DNA of 63,383 nucleotides, filler included, from Octopus bimaculoides (taxonomy: Eukaryota): NCBI RefSeq assembly GCF_001194135.2. It is 5 parts of 5 records of this genome, joined end to end, with 100 filler letters (N's around TTAATTAATTAA, not from the genome) between each part and the next. Parts side by side here need not be neighbours in the genome. Positions count along the whole stretch, not along the records: positions 50,380 to 61,520 come from NC_069005.1; positions 61,621 to 63,383 come from NW_026409871.1; 3 more parts are not named here. The stretch is one strand, 5' to 3'. Of this stretch, positions 52,751 to 63,383 are shown one piece after another; the first letter of the stretch is position 1, and the number at the start of each line of letters is the position of its first letter. The position numbers and the translations under genes were made by a program. Under the pieces are notes generated by a model that was not told the origin of the DNA, searched no databases, and was given only the letters and a program-made list of their open reading frames with translations.

Positions 52751-52881
52751 CAAGCAATGGCTCAGATTGAGTCAAAACAACAACATGTTTCAAAGAAAGA
52801 ATTTCTGTTATAAATCAAAAAGAAAAAAAAGCCAATGATTTAGAAATCAAAGAAAGAAAGAAAAATTGTTTTTGTTCTTAC

Positions 52882-52990
52882 GTCTTATTTGGAGCTCAAT
52901 TTCTTGAAAATCATTGATGAGTTCAATAATTTCTTCATGGATAGCCTGAATAATGTAAAATCCATTGACAGACACAACTTCATCACCAAC
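52882..52990 (-). CDS. USH1C: Harmonin exon, PDZ1 C-terminal half (109 nt)
   Basis: tttctttgccAG acceptor, GTAAGA donor; VGDEVVSVNGFYIIQAIHEEIIELINDFQEIELQIR resembles vertebrate VGDEIVRING...THEEVINLIR. Confidence 0.9.
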
Positions 52991-53232
52991 CTGGCAAAGA
53001 AAGAGAAAAAAAATCTCCAATTAAGAATCAATATGTATATGTACATATAATATATAAACTGAACCACATACTAAATAGAAAATGGTTTATTAACAGACTG
53101 CCATAGCATTGATTGAAGAGTGCTAATTAAGAAACCGTTCTTTCCTGATGATAAAACATCATTTCCTGAAACATGTTTAATGTCACATGGTGTCATGTGA
53201 TGATGGAGTGTCCAGGATCCAAAGAGATAAAT

Positions 53233-53995
53233 TCAATATCTTGTGTGACCACCGTTAGCATTGATTACTGTCAGGCATCTTATGTACATTGAATGCACCA
53301 AACGATTGAGGGAGGCCATGGGGGTAGCAACTCACACTCTGTTAAAACTTGTAGTGAGTTGTGCCGCAGTTGTCAGTCTTGGATGGATGTCATTTAGCCT
53401 TCTTCAGATTTCATCCCACAAGTGCTCTATGGGGTTCAAGTCCGGACTTAGAGCAGGCCATGGTAGTGTCTGGATGTTGTGCTGTTGGAGGAAGTCTGTT
53501 GTCAACCTGGCAGTATGGGCACAGGTGTTGTCATGTTGGAACACGTGATTCTGATGATGGGCAAAGTATGGCACAATGCGAGACCTCAACATTTGATCAA
53601 TGTAGCGAGCAGCGGTTACTCCATTGCCCTGGTCTTGGCTGATGTTTTGGAAGACCACTGGTCCAAGTTTCTGGTTGAGTGCAATCCCATCCCATACCAT
53701 GAAGCTCTGTCCTCCCCATGAGTCTCTCTCCACCATGCAGCCATCAACATGACATTCATTCCTTCTTCTCCAAACCCTAGCTCTACCATCTGCCACAGAA
53801 ATGCAATATCAACTTTCGTCAGAAAAGACTACAGTCCTCCACTGCTAGTATCACCAGTTCTGATGTTTTTGAGTCCCTTGCAGATATGCCCATCGATGAT
53901 GAACTGTGAGGATGGAGCCCCTAGCCAGATATTGACAAGACAGATTGAAAGCTCTCAGCTGGCAGTGGACTGTCTCTGCACAGATGGGTCTATGG
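53233..53995 (-). mobile_element. Tc1-family (DD34E) transposase remnant
   Basis: GRARVWRR, FMVW.GI, FQHDN, WPALSPDLNPIEHLWDE, C-terminal GGHTRY*. Confidence 0.9.
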
Positions 53996-54019
53996 TGAGT
54001 CCCTATGGAGTGCCTAGCC

Positions 54020-54185
54020 TGGCATCATGTAAAGAGCACCAAGTAAACTCTGTAAAGTGGTTGGAGTTAGGAAGGGCATCCAGCTGTAGAATCGATGCCG
54101 AAACAGATGATGGGAGCATGTTGCAGCACTCCAGCTTGCCAGCATGGAAAACAGATATTAAATGATGATGACGATGATGATGAAG
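54020..54185 (+). mobile_element. Family A repeat
   Basis: Core plus (GAT)n tail. Confidence 0.8.
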
Positions 54186-54394
54186 ATGTATTAATTCTAC
54201 TAAGACATCAACAGTGTCTGTTGCTCCACTGATTCTACCAAACCACCAGAAAACAAGAGAGAAAGTGAGAGAGAGAGAGAGAGAGGGAGAAGAGGGAGGG
54301 AGAGAGAGAAAGATAGAGAGAGAGGGTGGATGGGAAACTTATAAAAGCAGATAAATCTGTTATTCAAGTTATAGAGTGCTAAGATCAACCTTAC

Positions 54395-54468
54395 CCGCAG
54401 ATCTTTTCTGTATGCATCTGAAGTTGGTGAGATGCTAGTGACATATACACCAGTGCCATGCTCTGCTC
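54395..54468 (-). CDS. USH1C: Harmonin exon, PDZ1 middle (74 nt)
   Basis: tctgttacAG acceptor, GTAAGG donor; phase 1 to 0; (G)AEHGTGVYVTSISPTSDAYRKDLR. Confidence 0.88.
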
Positions 54469-54569
54469 CTGTAACAGAAAAATGTAATAAAAACCAGTGA
54501 ATACACATAAACATATGCACGGCAACAGAGAGACATCTCTCAAGGACAGTGGTTCTCAATACTTTAGAA

Positions 54570-54770
54570 TTCATCATCATCTTCATCATCATCCTTTTTG
54601 TCCATGCTGGCATCGGATGGTTTGATGAGAACAAATGACACAGAAAGCTCCATCAGGTTCTGACTGTTTTGGCATTATTTGTACAGCTGAATGATCTTCC
54701 TAATGCCAACCACTTTACAGAGTGTACTGGGTGCTTTTTATGTAGCACCAGCATTGGTGAGGTTGCCAAG
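54570..54770 (-). mobile_element. Family A repeat
   Basis: (CAT)n then reverse-complement core. Confidence 0.75.
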
Positions 54771-55057
54771 TACCCACCAGATAAAGCCGCTCAACTGAGC
54801 AGAGTATAGACTGGAGAAAGAAACTATGATAGAGTGAGAGGAGCAAGTGTCTTGCTGAAGAGGTGAATGCATGACTTGTCCACCGAGAAAGTGAGACAGA
54901 AAAAGAGAGAGAGAGAAAAAGAAAGAGATGTGAGGTCCAGGTACAATGTGAATATGAAACAGCATAGACAGTGCACTGAGGGAAAATAGTGATAAGAGAT
55001 AGGGAATGAGTTGGACCAAGAGGATATCAGTTCAGTGTAGTGGGAAGTGAAGAAACC

Positions 55058-55362
55058 ATGACTGTGGCCATGCTGGAGCACCGCCTTTTGTCGAGAGAAT
55101 CGACCCCAGGACTTATTCTTTGTAAGCCTAGTACTTATTCTTTCAGACTCTTTTGCCGAACCACTAAGTTACGGGGACGTGAACACACATACATATATAT
55201 AATGGGCTTCTTTCCATTTCCATCTACCAAATCCACTCACAAGGCTTTGGTCGGCCCGAGGCTATAGTAGAAGACACTTGCCCAAGGTGCCATGCAGTGG
55301 AACTGAACCCGGAACCATGTGGTTGGTAAGCAAGCTACTTACCGCACAGCCACTCCTACGCC
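55058..55362 (-). mobile_element. tRNA-derived SINE, family B
   Basis: Reverse complement of consensus; head AGGCGTAGGAGTGGCTGTGCGG. Confidence 0.85.
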
Positions 55363-55389
55363 TATATTTATAATGGGTTGGCTGCTACC

Positions 55390-55835
55390 ACTTTTTACTG
55401 GAAAGGTGTACAGTTTCATTATATAACACTCTGCTGAACCTTCTCAATCAGCTCCACATTTCGACTTTTGGATGCTCTGCCTGAGCATGCCTCACTCTCC
55501 ACTGAGTGGTACAACTCTGAAGCAATTGTACCACTCCTTTATCTGAGTTTTTCCCATGGTGTCATTGCCAAAACCTGCTGAATCATCCAGAGGGTTTGAG
55601 CTCGAGTATCACCAAGCTTTTGGCAAACTTGATGCAATATCTCTGCTCAATGTGTTTAGTGAAAATGGAAATCCAGTGAGCATGCATTATACAGCTGTAC
55701 TCATGGTGTAACAGTCAGGAACTGATGCAGCCTACTGGTGCAAAAATTTTCATACATGTACAGGAAGGGTGCCCATGTGGCATACATAATGGCAGGAAAA
55801 AAAATAAAATTGGATACTTTTTGAATGCACTATGT
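55390..55835 (-). mobile_element. mariner-type transposon 5' remnant
   Basis: Minus strand reads ...AGFGNDTMG..QIKEWYNCF, like the mariner N-terminal HTH (AFGDDAMG.TQIKEWYNRF); TIR-like GCATTCAAAAAGTATCC near 55830. Confidence 0.6.
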
Positions 55836-56164
55836 ACATAGGTTGTATTCAATTTGCCTTTGTGTATTGATATAATAATAGTTTCTTATATGTTAATGTT
55901 ATATGGTTATACAATCATACACCAAACTCTGAGCAAACAATGAAACATAAAAGAAAATCATGTAAGTACACAAATAGAACACAATACATCTACACCTACA
56001 CATACATACACACACACACCCAAAAAATAAAACATACCTACACAAACATAAATAGTAAGCAAGTGTAGAAAATTATGGACTATGTTGAAGCATGGATCGT
56101 TAAATAATTTTAAGTGGAGCTTTGTTCAGTGTCTACGCAAGAATAATATCTTTTTATCTTTTTT

Positions 56165-56570
56165 TTTTTACTTGTTTCAGTCATTTGACTGTGGCCATGC
56201 TGGGGCACCACCTTCAACAATTTATTTTACTTGAATGAATCGACCCCAGTACTTATTTTTCGGTTTAGCCTGGCACTTATTCTATTGGTCACTTTTGCTG
56301 AACCCCGAAGTTACGGGGATGTAAACAAACGAACACTGGTTGTCAACTGGTGATGGAGAACAAACCATAAAGACGCACGCATACAGATATATACATATAT
56401 ATGAAGGGCTTCATTCAGTTTCTGTTTACCAAATTCACTCACAAGGCTCTGGTCAGCCTGAGGCTATAGCAGAAGACACTTGCCCAAGGTGTCACACAGT
56501 GGGACTGAACCCAGTACCATGTAGTTGGTTAGCAAGCTTCTTACCATGCAGCCACAGCTGTGCCTATATA
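56165..56570 (-). mobile_element. tRNA-derived SINE, family B
   Basis: Reverse complement of consensus. Confidence 0.8.
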
Positions 56571-57824
56571 GAGGACATTGTTTACAAATCTATATTATAG
56601 AGAACTCTCATTACAATAGAAAAAAAAAGGAATGGTGCTATGTCCAATTTCACTCACAAGGCTTAGATCGACCAGATGCCCTGTTAAAAAGCAAAGATGA
56701 ATGCCCAAAAGGCTTTCAAGTGGAATTAACACAAGGAAATTTTGTGACATAAAAGTGAACTTTGCAATAGTTCAACCATGTGTACTAATGTTCACATCCT
56801 GATATACTGACACTCAAATAATAAATAAACATTTGCAAGAGTCTTGATTGAAACAAACCATAAAAATGACTTTGTCTCTTTGTTAAAGACTGGCTTGTGT
56901 TATCTTGAGAAGAACTTAAATTATCAACTGACACTCTACTAGCTTGGGAAGGAAAAGGACACATTGAATAACACTGTGTAACACGATTTTCATCCTTGGG
57001 TGGCAACTGTTATTTCCTATTTGCTTACCCTAGAAAGTAAGAAAAATGGTTCATATTTCATTCAAAATTTGTTTTTCTTACATGTATTAAAACCCCAAAG
57101 AATCCCTTTCAACATATGACTATGATGCTCCCCTAGTGCTCTTGCCCTGTCTTTCACCAAAGGACTTGTTCAAGTGGTTAAGGTCAAGCAACTGACAAGC
57201 AAATCTGTGGTATTGGGCAGAATATTTGTTATAACAATATTCCTGCTTCAGCAACTCGGCACTGAATCTGTCTGAAATGTAATGGAAAATACGACTGTTT
57301 CAAAACATTGATCTCCACATGAGAAAAGCAAAGTTTGAAGGGAATAGTAGTCATTTCCTTTGATTTCTAGACAGAAATAAGAAGTAACACTTACTGAACA
57401 AAGACAAAAAAAAAAGTAAAAATTTTGTTATACAGTGTAATAAATATAGATATATCATATTTCCTGGTATTGAGGACATTGCGCTTTCTTTAAAGTCATA
57501 GAGGACAAAGTTTACGTTTTCATAAGCCAATTTTAACCCAAGGAGTATTATCTATGTTAAACTTTATACTGTAAAAGAAAAAATATAGAGTATAAATGAT
57601 CAACAGGATCTGGATATGTAACAAAGCCACTTACAAAACATCTTGGTGTAAAGTATTGAGATTTTGTATCTGTGTTTATAAATTTTTGTTTGAAATTTTG
57701 AAGTCAAAATTAGGGTGAATCTTTGAGGTCAAAGCTTCTTCAATTCTGGGAGATATGGTAATCAATAAATAACACAAAACTGATAATCAATAGTAGAATT
57801 GATAAGAATATTAACATTACAAAC

Positions 57825-57952
57825 CTCCTCGCAGTGAAAATCCTAAAGATCCATTTTCAGGGTTTTCTAAGTGAATTAATTTCTTGGTTGCTGAAGGGAT
57901 TATAGGACAAAGAGAATCATAAGCTATCTGTTGATTCAGAGGTACTAAAGGT
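57825..57952 (-). CDS. USH1C: Harmonin exon, end of N-domain and start of PDZ1 (128 nt)
   Basis: Poly-T ttcttccAG acceptor, G|GTTTGT donor; phase 2 to 1; (R)PLVPLNQQIAYDSLCP...KKLIHLENPENGSLGFSLRG resembles vertebrate RPLIPLKHQVEYDQLTP...GLGLSVRG. Confidence 0.9.
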
Positions 57953-58104
57953 CTGGAAGAATAATAAAAAAAAAAAAGTTCCAAACTGAACATGATATCA
58001 TTACACAATATATCATCACCATGCAATGAAGTATCATTACGTACGGTGATAGTGTTAAGTAATAAATACAGCATTATATAATAGAGTATTGTTAAACATA
58101 AGAT

Positions 58105-58160
58105 AACATGATACTATAACATGATACTATAATATGATACTATAACATGATACTATAACA
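58105..58160. repeat. 13-bp tandem repeat (AACATGATACTAT) x4
   Basis: Direct sequence. Confidence 0.85.
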
Positions 58161-58404
58161 GTCACTTATAATTGAGGGTGACATGATAGCATGTACCATG
58201 CTATCACTAATTGTTTTCGGGGCTCATGTAGTCATGAGTAGACATAGAAACCTTCTTGATCCCCTGTCCTTGACCTAGAACAACATCTAGGATGTTGCAG
58301 CTAGGGAGAGAGTTAGGGCTGTGATCGATTTAATTGTCTAGTCCTCTCCTCAACTTTCTGGCACTGTGCCAATGTTCTGTTAGTATCAAGCCAAGTGAAA
58401 TCGT

Positions 58405-58605
58405 AGTCATAACCAGTGTCGGTGACATGTAAAAGGCACCGGTGCTAGTGACACGTGAATGGCACCCGTCACACTCTATGGAGTGGATGGCCTCAGAAAG
58501 CCATAGAAACCAAGCCAAATCAGACTGGAGCCTGGTGCAGTTCTCTCAAACCATCTAACCTGTGCCAGCATCGAAAAAATAGACGCTAAATGATGATGAT
58601 GATGA
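58405..58605 (+). mobile_element. Family A repeat
   Basis: TAAAAGGCACC...CAAATCAGACTGGAGCCTGGTG...(GAT)n. Confidence 0.7.
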
Positions 58606-58883
58606 CAATAATTTACTTTTTAAGAAATGAAGTCAATCTCCCAAGAACTGGGCTGTCTCGTTGACAGGCTTCCAGGTAAGTCACACTCAACCAAATTTCT
58701 ACAACGAAATAGTGGTTGATTCACAGATTTAGTAGAAGTCACTCGAGCAATATGCCACAGGGTGGGATTGAACTGGAAACCACAAAGTTAGAATATAAGC
58801 TTCTTGCCCACACAGTCAGCTGTATCTGCCTATGATCCTAAGTCAGTTGGATGTGAACTGACCAGGGGCTTAATTAAGCATCA

Positions 58884-59276
58884 ACAGCAGCAGCAGCAGT
58901 TACAACAACAACAATGTCAATAACAGACACCACAAGAAACAGAACAGGAAGAGAAGAAGACGAAGAAGAAGAAGAAGAAGAAGAAAAAGAAGAAGAAGAA
59001 GAAGTAGTAGTAGTAGAAGAAGAAGAAGAAGGAGTAGTAGTAGTAATAGTAGTAGTAGTAGTAGTAGTAGTAGTAGAAGAAGAAGAAGAAGAAGAAGAAG
59101 AAGAAGAAGGAGGAGGAGTAGAAGAAGAAGAAAAAGAAAAACAAGAAGAAGAAGAAGAACAACAACAACAACAAAAGTAGCAACAACAGTTACAACAACA
59201 ACATCAATAACAAGTACCACAAGTAACAGAACAGGAGAAGAAGAAGAAGAAGAAGAAGAAGAAGAAGAAGAAGAAG

Positions 59277-59308
<32 letters not shown>

Positions 59309-59406
59309 GTAGTAGTAGAAGAAGAAGTAGTAGTAGAAGATGAAGAAGTAGTAGTAGAAGAAGAAGAAGAAGAAATAGTAGAAGAAGAACTAGTAGTAGA
59401 AGAAGA

Positions 59407-59438
<32 letters not shown>

Positions 59439-59870
59439 AAGAAGAAGAACAAGAACAACAACAACAGTAGCAATAGCAGTTACAACAACAACAACATCAA
59501 TAACAAGTACCACAAGTAACAGAACAGGAGAAGGAGGAAGAAGAAGAAGAAGAAGAAGAAGAAGAAGAAGAAGAAAAAGAAAAAGAAGAACTAGTAGTAG
59601 AAGAAGTAGTAGTAGTAGAAGAAGAAGAAGAAGAAGAAGAACAACAACAACAACAACAACAGCAACAACAACAACAACAACAACATCAATAACAAGCANN
59701 NNNNNNNNACAAGCACCACAAGTAACAAAACAGGAAGAAGAAGAAGGAGAAGGAGAAGGAGAAAGAAGAAGAAGAAGAAGAAGAAGAAGAAGAGGAAGAA
59801 AAAGAAGAAGAAGAAGAAGAAGAAGAAGAACAACAACAACAACAACAACAAGAACAGTAGTAACAGCAGC
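58884..59870. repeat. Higher-order repeat of (GAA)n/(GTA)n/(CAA)n blocks, approx. 290-bp units
   Basis: Core AGTTACAACAACAACA..CAATAACA...CCACAAG.AACAGAACAGGA at 58898, 59188, 59478 and partially at about 59690. Confidence 0.85.
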
Positions 59871-59929
59871 AGAGGGTACATTAAATGTAAAGAAAAAAGA
59901 GCAGAGATGTCTGCTGGAATTAGTTTTAC

Positions 59930-60013
59930 CTTATTTCATCAAAAAGACAAATTTTTTCAGGTTCATTGATTATAGTCTTCAGATCTGCTACGAATGTAGG
60001 TAAGTCCAGGGAA
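59930..60013 (-). CDS. USH1C: Harmonin exon, N-terminal domain (84 nt)
   Basis: tatcttacAG acceptor, AG|GTAAAA donor; phase 2 to 2; SLDLPTFVADLKTIINEPEKICLFDEI(R) resembles vertebrate [28 protein letters not shown]. Confidence 0.9.
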
Positions 60014-60087
60014 CTGTAAGATAATGCAAATCAGAGAATTTGAGAAGAATCCAGTATGCTGAGGTGTACACACACAGACACACACAC

Positions 60088-60120
<33 letters not shown>

Positions 60121-60154
60121 CATACACACACTCACACATATATATAAACAATGG

Positions 60155-60310
60155 ACCTCTTTCAGTTTCCACCTACCAAATCCTCTCATAAGGCTTTGGT
60201 CAGCCAAAGGCTACTGTAGAAGACACTTGCTCAAGGTGCCATGCAGAAGAACTGAACCCACAACCATGTGGTTAGGAAGCAGACTTCTTACCACACAGCC
60301 ATGCCTGCAC
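60155..60310 (-). mobile_element. SINE family B, 5' half
   Basis: Reverse complement of the head and body. Confidence 0.75.
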
Positions 60311-60374
60311 CTTTATAGAGTAGAGTAACATTGTTGTTGTTAATGTAGCTGTTTAGACACAAGTCATCCCTGTT

Positions 60375-60760
60375 GTTGTTGGCACTCCGTCGCTTACGAC
60401 ATTGAGGGTTCCAGTCAATCCGATCAACGGAACAGCCTGCTCGTGAAATTAACGTGCAAGTGGCTGAGCACTCCATAGACACGTGTACCCTTAACGTAGT
60501 TCTTGGGGATATTCAGCATGACACAGTGTGACAAGGCTGGCCCTTTGAAATACTGGTACAACAGAAAACAGGAAGTAAGAGTGAGAGAAAGTTGTGGTGG
60601 AAGAGTACAGCAGGGTTCGCCACCATCCCCTGCCGGAGCCTCATGGAGCTTTAGGTGTTTTCGCTCAATAAACACTCACAACGCCCGGTCTGGGAATCGA
60701 AACCGCGATCCTATGACCGCGGGTCCGCTGCCCTAACCGCTGGGCCATTGCACCTCCACT
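60375..60760 (-). mobile_element. tRNA-derived SINE, family D, apparently full length
   Basis: Minus-strand head GGTGCAATGGCCCAGCGGTTAGGGCAGCGG...GGTTTCGATTCCCAGACC with A- and B-box; (CAA)n tail; fragments at 41.9-42.3 kb. Confidence 0.8.
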
Positions 60761-61114
60761 CACAAGTCATCCCTACCCCAGTATATTTCTACAACCAGAC
60801 CTATGATCGAAGACAATCTAATCTTGACCATCCCAAGCTTTATTCAGGTATGGTGTACCTAAGCTTAGAGTGATGTGATGTGGTGTGGCTTAGCAATGTT
60901 GTTGTTTCGCCTGTATCTTGGACTACATTATTCAATGTCCTTCATTGAACTTGAGGTGGTAGCTGGTATGATGATTTGAGTGAATAATTAGTTGTTATTT
61001 CTAGCAAGTCCAGTGATCACATAGACGCTCCTTGAGTGGCACATTAAAATTTGGAGGGGAGGTGGAGGAGTCTCTCACTATGTGATTATTGTAGTTTTCA
61101 GTGTGTGTGTGTGT

Positions 61115-61147
<33 letters not shown>

Positions 61148-61180
61148 ACAGAAAGAGAAAGAGAATGTGTATGCCTGAGC

Positions 61181-61226
<46 letters not shown>

Positions 61227-61520
61227 CAGAAAGAGAAAGAGAATGTGTATGCCTGAGCATATGTGTGTGTGTGTGCGTGCATGTGTGTATGTGTGTGTTT
61301 GTGTGTGTGTGTGTGCAAGTGCACATGTGTTAGAGAGAGAGAGAGAGAGAAAGAGAGGGAGAGAGAGAAAGAAAGAGTGTGTGTGTGTGTATGTGTGTGT
61401 GCAAGCGCACATGTGTGAGAGAGAGAGAAAGAAAGAGAGGGAGAGAGAGAAAGAAAGAGAGAGAGAGAGAGAGAAAGAAAGAGAGGGAGAGAGAGAAAGA
61501 AAGAGAGAGAGAGAGAGAGA

Positions 61521-61620
61521 NNNNNNNNNNNNNNNNNNNNNNNNNNNNNNNNNNNNNNNNNNNNTTAATTAATTAANNNNNNNNNNNNNNNNNNNNNNNN
61601 NNNNNNNNNNNNNNNNNNNN
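61521..61620. other. Artificial scaffold-joining linker
   Basis: N44-TTAATTAATTAA-N44. Confidence 0.95.
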
Positions 61621-61670
61621 CCTAACCCTAACCCTAAAACCCGAACCCTAACCCTAAAACCCTAAACCCT
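61621..61670 (-). repeat. Degenerate (TTAGGG)n telomere-like repeat at scaffold start
   Basis: CCTAACCCTAACCCTAAAACCCGAACCCTAACCCTAAAACCCTAAACCCT. Confidence 0.7.
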
Positions 61671-63044
61671 CACTAGGGAATAATGATATAATTAAAAAGG
61701 GAATAACATACTTGACACCGAACAGCAGTAACTCTATTGAGCTGAATAGACGTCAGTGATTGGTTGAAATTACAGAAATACGACAACTTTAACATGAAAT
61801 AACTTGCGATGTACAATTTTTTGTTAAGAAGGTTAAGAGAAGAAGTTGTTTTATATGACACATTCTACCAGTGTCCCAAGTTTGAAAGTGTTTCGTTAAG
61901 AAAACAAGTGTTGCCCGTCAAATCATAAAGAACCAACGTGTGTGTGTGTGTGTGTAGAATGTGTTTGCACATCTGAACATTTGTTTAAACTTTTTTCCGA
62001 TCATCACTTTGTAACTTTAGATTCCCTTAAACACTTCATTTCTATATNNNNNNNNNNNNNNNNNNNNNNNNNNNNNNNNNNNNNNNNNNNNNNNNNNNNN
62101 NNNNNNNNNNNNNNNNNNNNNNNNNNNNNNNNNNNNNNNNNNNNNNNNNNNNNNNNNNNNNNNNNNNNNNNNNNNNNNNNNNNNNNNNNNNNNNNNNNNN
62201 NNNNNNNNNNNNNNNNNNNNNNNNNNNNNNNNNNNNNNNNNNNNNNNNNNNNNNNNNNNNNNNNNNNNNNNNNNNNNNNNNNNNNNNNNNNNNNNNNNNN
62301 NNNNNNNNNNNNNNNNNNNNNNNNNNNNNNNNNNNNNNNNNNNNNNNNNNNNNNNNNNNNNNNNNNNNNNNNNNNNNNNNNNNNNNNNNNNNNNNNNNNN
62401 NNNNNNNNNNNNNNNNNNNNNNNNNNNNNNNNNNNNNNNNNNNNNNNNNNNNNNNNNNNNNNNNNNNNNNNNNNNNNNNNNNNNNNNNNNNNNNNNNNNN
62501 NNNNNNNNNNNNNNNNNNNNNNNNNNNNNNNNNNNNNNNNNNNNNNNNNNNNNNNNNNNNNNNNNNNNNNNNNNNNNNNNNNNNNNNNNNNNNNNNNNNN
62601 NNNNNNNNNNNNNNNNNNNNNNNNNNNNNNNNNNNNNNNNNNNNNNNNNNNNNNNNNNNNNNNTATATATATAATACAAATAATAAATGAGTATATGCAT
62701 ATATATGTACATACCTACATCTACCTGTATATATAGATTCATATCTGGGTACAGTACGTTGCAAAAAACGTGGACAAAATGATAAACAGAGTACAGAAAA
62801 CACACAGGCCACATAGAGAACATTTCCTTCATCAGCTGCCACCATTCTAAAACTAAGCGTTTCGAAGAATTAGGGCATTTAGCTTTATGGTGTATCATCA
62901 AATCTCAAAAACCTGTTGGCCTATGTCCACTTAAAATTATGGAGAAAGAAATGCCTCACTGCTCAAAAGTAACAATTGGGAATTATCTCCCTTTGCTATT
63001 AGCTATCAAATACCAGCTGTGCAACCATCTTGTGGGTTCCAAAA

Positions 63045-63310
63045 AGCTAGCAGGAACCTCCTGGAATGTAAACAAGAACTGAAAATCTCCATTCTGGAGT
63101 TAAGGATGTTCCCTGGTTGAGTCTCTTAGGATTCTTGCACATTCAGCTATGCATAATTTATAACGCTTTGTCCAATTGATGTAAGGACCTGGGTTCTCAA
63201 GGATTTTCCAGGAGATCAAGTATGGAATCCCATTATCTCTTAGTTGCCAGATGTGGTTGGCCAGTGATATTACCTATCTCCTTTCTGGAATTTCAAAAGA
63301 GGACCTGTGG
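63045..63310 (-). mobile_element. Penelope-like element, GIY-YIG endonuclease C-terminus (degenerate)
   Basis: HRSSF...SLANHIWQLRDNGIPYLISWKILE...Y...LCIAE..RIL...LNSRMEIFSSCLHSRRFLL. Confidence 0.75.
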
Positions 63311-63383
63311 TTGGAGAGATGTTGCTCTCTCCCTATATGTATGTGTATATGTGTGTGCATGTTAAATGTATGTATATTATATA

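Noticed and set aside
58900-59881. Poly-Leu / poly-Glu / poly-Phe ORFs
   Set aside because: Products of triplet microsatellites within a harmonin intron.
60700-60760. tRNA gene
   Set aside because: A- and B-boxes are present but continue into a SINE body shared with other copies; the same applies to the family B and C heads.
61140-61265. 78-bp direct duplication within (GT)n
   Set aside because: Microsatellite-mediated slippage or assembly effect; no informative content.
62820-62880. Hammerhead ribozyme candidate near the Penelope remnant (minus strand GAAAC...CTGATGA)
   Set aside because: Core motifs are present, but I cannot form stem I or a convincing stem III; an Infernal or RNAMotif hammerhead search would be needed to revive it.

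Overview
AT-rich, microsatellite- and transposon-dense eukaryotic DNA. The repeat content resembles a cephalopod (octopus) draft assembly; this is inference, not verified. The window is NOT one contiguous locus. Four identical 100-bp artificial linkers (N44-TTAATTAATTAA-N44) join five independent scaffolds: S1 1-11374, S2 11475-40530, S3 40631-50279, S4 50380-61520, S5 61621-63383. Two partial host genes can be read by hand, both on the minus strand and mostly invisible in the ORF track. (i) The last two coding exons of Wnt1 (35940-36090, 30266-30600) lie in S2. (ii) Six consecutive exons of a harmonin/USH1C orthologue (N-terminal domain plus PDZ1, including a 25-nt microexon) lie in S4. The remainder is mobile DNA: R4/Dong-type, RTE-type, L1/Tx1-like and Penelope-like retroelement remnants; Tc1, mariner and maT DNA-transposon remnants; piggyBac-like MITEs; at least four SINE-like families; several foldback hairpins; and simple repeats. 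No rRNA, true tRNA, CRISPR or prokaryotic system is supported. Almost all ORF-track entries are microsatellite or N-gap artefacts. I found no clearly new biological system. The best leads are the conserved invertebrate harmonin gene, a mirrored pair of zinc-knuckle ORF1-like modules, (TAA)n-targeted retroelement stacking, and long foldback hairpins.
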